Shown here: positions 6,599 through 8,971 of the stretch, in pieces
Layout of the letters: each line of letters starts with the position of its first letter
How positions within the stretch are numbered: the first letter of the stretch is position 1
Source of the DNA: a virus
Lineage: Duplodnaviria > Heunggongvirae > Uroviricota > Caudoviricetes
Reading direction: 5' to 3' (one strand)
DNA: 8,971 nucleotides
IMG/VR virus record: IMGVR_UViG_2602041905_000014
Notes under the pieces: model-generated
Told to the model about the DNA's origin: nothing
What the model saw: the letters and a program-made list of their open reading frames with translations, nothing else
Database searches by the model: none
Made by a program: the position numbers and the translations under genes

Positions 6599-8412
6599 AA
6601 AAAGCGCCAAATTTAAAACACCAGCCGCGTGACAAAATGACGGAAGTCATCATTTTTGCGGGTAGTGATGCGTGGGCACATGCGAAGCAGTGGCAGGAAC
6701 AGGACGGGCGACTGGCAGGCGATAACGTGCCACCTGTCTGGCTTGGAGAGCAACAACTTGCCGAACTGGACAACCTGCAAATCGTACCGGACGGACGCTA
6801 TCGCGTGCGTCTCTATCAGGCGGGGTTATTGCGTCCGGTGCTTGTTAATACCATCGGGCAGAAACTGGCAGCGGCAGGTGTCAGGGATGCTGATTATTAT
6901 CCTGAAGGAATGCACAGCCAGAAACGGGAGAACTGGCACGAATATCTGGAACGTGAACGGGCAGAGCTGGCGGAAAAGAAAAAGGTAGTTGAACTGCCTG
7001 TAAAGAAAAAAGAGCGGGTAAAAGACGATAACGCTTCATCACTGGCGCTTAACCAGATGGGAGCAAGTCAACGCGGCGAAGTTCTCCTGGCACATTATGG
7101 CGGTGAACTGGCGATTCATGCTGACTCTGACACTGTTCACCATTACAACGGCGTTGTATGGGAGCCAGTACAGGATAAAGAATTACAGCGAGCTATGGCA
7201 CAGATTTTCATTGATGCGGAGATCAGCTATTCGCAGAACGCCATTAAATCGGCGGTCGATACCATGAAGTTAAGTTTGCCTGTAATGGGGAATACAGCCC
7301 GTAACCTGATTGGATTCAGTAACGGGGTATTTGATACCAGAACAGGTAATTTTCGGGAGCATAACAAAAACGACTGGTTGTTAATTGCCAGTGAATTACC
7401 TTTCAGCCCACCAGCAGAGGGGGAAACGCTGGCAACACATGCGCCGAATTTCTGGAAGTGGTTACGCCGTTCGGTGGCTGAGAATGACCGCAAGGCGGAT
7501 CGCGTACTGGCTGCATTATTCATGGTGCTGGCGAACCGGTACGACTGGCAGTTATTCATTGAGGTAACAGGTCCAGGGGGAAGTGGTAAAAGCGTGATGG
7601 CGGAGATTTGCACCATGCTGGCGGGTAAGGCCAACACAGTATCGGCAAGCATGAAGGCGCTGGAAGATGCAAGGGAACGCGCGTTAGTGGTTGGCTTTTC
7701 GCTGATTATCATGCCGGATATGACCCGCTACGCTGGTGATGGGGCAGGGATTAAGGCTATTACAGGCGGTGACAAGGTGGCAATTGACCCGAAACACAAA
7801 GCCCCCTACTCAACGCGTATTCCGGCAGTAGTGCTGGCGGTTAACAATAACGCCATGTCATTCAGTGACCGCAGCGGGGGGATCTCACGTCGTCGGGTGA
7901 TATTCAATTTTTCGGAAGTTGTACCGGAGAACGAACGTGATCCAATGCTGGCCGAAAAAATAGAAGGTGAGCTGGCGGTAGTGATTCGCCATCTGCTTAC
8001 ACGGTTTGCTGACCAGGACGAAGCCAGACGCCTGTTATATGAGCAGCAGAAATCTGAAGAAGCACTGGCGATAAAGCGAGAGGGGGATTCGCTGGTGGAC
8101 TTCTGCGGCTATCTCATGGCGTCGGTAATGTGTGATGGCCTGTTAGTGGGTAATGCTGAAATTGTGCCATTCAGCCCACGCAGGTATCTCTATCATGCCT
8201 ATCTGGCTTATATGAGGGCACATGGGTTTGGTAAACCTGTAACACTGACGCGCTTCGGTAAAGATATGCCGGGGGCAATGGCGGAATATGGCAGGGAGTA
8301 TATGAAACGGAAAACGAAGCACGGTTTGCGTTCAAACGTGACACTGACGGAGGAATCAGAAGACTGGATGCCATCATGTGTATCGGTCACTAATGACGAT
8401 AGCAAAAATTAA
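6595..8412 (+). CDS. P4 alpha-like replication protein: P4-family primase C-terminal / D5-like SF3 helicase domain with a C-terminal origin-binding region, 605 aa from ATG 6595 (the track's GTG at 6580 is less likely)
   Basis: Walker A motif TGPGGSGKS inside the segment DWQLFIEVTGPGGSGKSVMAEIC, which is characteristic of P4-type primase-helicases. GGAGAGAG Shine-Dalgarno motif 5 nt before ATG 6595. Cognate-looking iterons lie immediately downstream. Confidence 0.85.
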   Translation: MKKAPNLKHQPRDKMTEVIIFAGSDAWAHAKQWQEQDGRLAGDNVPPVWLGEQQLAELDNLQIVPDGRYRVRLYQAGLLRPVLVNTIGQKLAAAGVRDADYYPEGMHSQKRENWHEYLERERAELAEKKKVVELPVKKKERVKDDNASSLALNQMGASQRGEVLLAHYGGELAIHADSDTVHHYNGVVWEPVQDKELQRAMAQIFIDAEISYSQNAIKSAVDTMKLSLPVMGNTARNLIGFSNGVFDTRTGNFREHNKNDWLLIASELPFSPPAEGETLATHAPNFWKWLRRSVAENDRKADRVLAALFMVLANRYDWQLFIEVTGPGGSGKSVMAEICTMLAGKANTVSASMKALEDARERALVVGFSLIIMPDMTRYAGDGAGIKAITGGDKVAIDPKHKAPYSTRIPAVVLAVNNNAMSFSDRSGGISRRRVIFNFSEVVPENERDPMLAEKIEGELAVVIRHLLTRFADQDEARRLLYEQQKSEEALAIKREGDSLVDFCGYLMASVMCDGLLVGNAEIVPFSPRRYLYHAYLAYMRAHGFGKPVTLTRFGKDMPGAMAEYGREYMKRKTKHGLRSNVTLTEESEDWMPSCVSVTNDDSKN

Positions 8413-8425
8413 ACTTATGGAATAA

Positions 8426-8648
8426 CTGTTCACCACTGTTCACCCCGTCATAAATGTCTTTTATATCATTATATTATAGGGTGAACAGTTATTTATGAAC
8501 TGTTCACCAAACTATTCACTGTTCACCTTTTTGATTGTTTATTGAGCTGCAAGGGTGAACAGTGGTGAACAGTTGGTGAATAGTTTTTGTGAAACTGTTC
8601 ACCCCTTAACATTATGAATTGAAAGAGAAAATAGCAAAAGGTGAACAG
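8426..8648. repeat. Iteron cluster (putative ori or crr of the P4-like replicon): about 9 perfect and 2 degenerate copies of CTGTTCACC / GGTGAACAG in both orientations
   Basis: Perfect copies at 8426-8434, 8436-8444, 8480-8488 (reverse), 8500-8508, 8519-8527, 8554-8562 (reverse), 8564-8572 (reverse), 8595-8603 and 8640-8648 (reverse). Degenerate copies at 8511-8519 and 8575-8583. The TGTTCACC octamer is the type I iteron bound by P4 alpha. Confidence 0.85.
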
Positions 8649-8971
8649 GTGAAGGGTTAAAATACAAAAATTTTATTACAGCATGGAATATTAAGTTTTA
8701 GCCGACAGGTAGTTAGCCATAAGAGGATATTTGTCGCTTAGTATTACGTACATAACAGCAAACACTTTTCTGGTTTGCTGGATTAATAGATAAGCGCTAT
8801 AAGTTAGTTAGTTTTGAAAAATTTATTGAATAACTCTAAGCTTTCAGGATGTATATATTGAGTAGGGTAACTGATACGTTGTGAGCGTCCAATTTTTATT
8901 GTGTTCTTTTTCGTCTTCCCAAAAAATAGATTCTTCCATGTTAAAATGTTTCCGTGATTATATTTATTGTC

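Larger units (their letters stand above)
2550..8971. mobile_element. P4-like integrative element (satellite-phage / PICI-like island), left end and core; continues beyond the window
   Basis: Starts where the thiM leader match is lost. Carries a tyrosine integrase, an AlpA-family regulator, a P4 alpha-like helicase/origin-binding protein and a TGTTCACC iteron cluster, with genes almost all co-oriented. No capsid-redirecting genes (sid/delta/psu-like) are seen in the window. Confidence 0.8.

Noticed and set aside
6489-6988. ORFs 6489-6773 (minus) and 6656-6988 (plus)
   Set aside because: Alternative-frame or antisense readings within the helicase gene region.
7227-7712. Minus-strand 161-aa ORF, plus the 60-aa plus-strand ORF 7385-7567
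   Set aside because: Embedded in the helicase gene, antisense or out of frame.
8171-8405. Minus-strand ORFs 8171-8377 and 8208-8405
   Set aside because: Antisense to the 3' end of the helicase gene.
8426-8648. Possible CRISPR array
   Set aside because: The repeats are only 8-10 bp, occur in both orientations with irregular spacing, and match the P4 alpha iteron octamer, so they are origin iterons.

Overview
The window reads as an Escherichia coli-type chromosomal locus followed by a horizontally acquired P4-like integrative element. The left third (1-2549) holds the 3' end of a fimbrial adhesin-like gene (yehA-like), then rcnB and rcnA on the minus strand, the RcnR operator pair, rcnR on the plus strand, and the 5' half of the thiM TPP riboswitch. 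At about 2549/2550 the riboswitch stops matching the thiM leader as I recall it, and an element begins that runs to the window end. Its genes are: a tyrosine integrase (2739-3959), a translationally coupled AT-rich 284-aa ORF of unknown function (3956-4810), an AlpA-family regulator (4914-5138), a minus-strand ribbon-helix-helix-like regulator beside three GTGTT-N-AACAC palindromes, three small plus-strand ORFs, and a P4 alpha-like helicase/origin-binding protein (6595-8412). A dense cluster of TGTTCACC iterons (8426-8648) follows, then an AT-rich stretch with no long ORFs. The most notable points are the apparent insertion inside a riboswitch aptamer, the unrecognisable ORF coupled to the integrase, and the start of a probable cargo region just past the origin. 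I could not identify a defined novel system by sequence alone. A 10-N assembly gap (5410-5419) makes all calls around it uncertain. All family assignments come from reading the translations and recalling known families; no searches were run.
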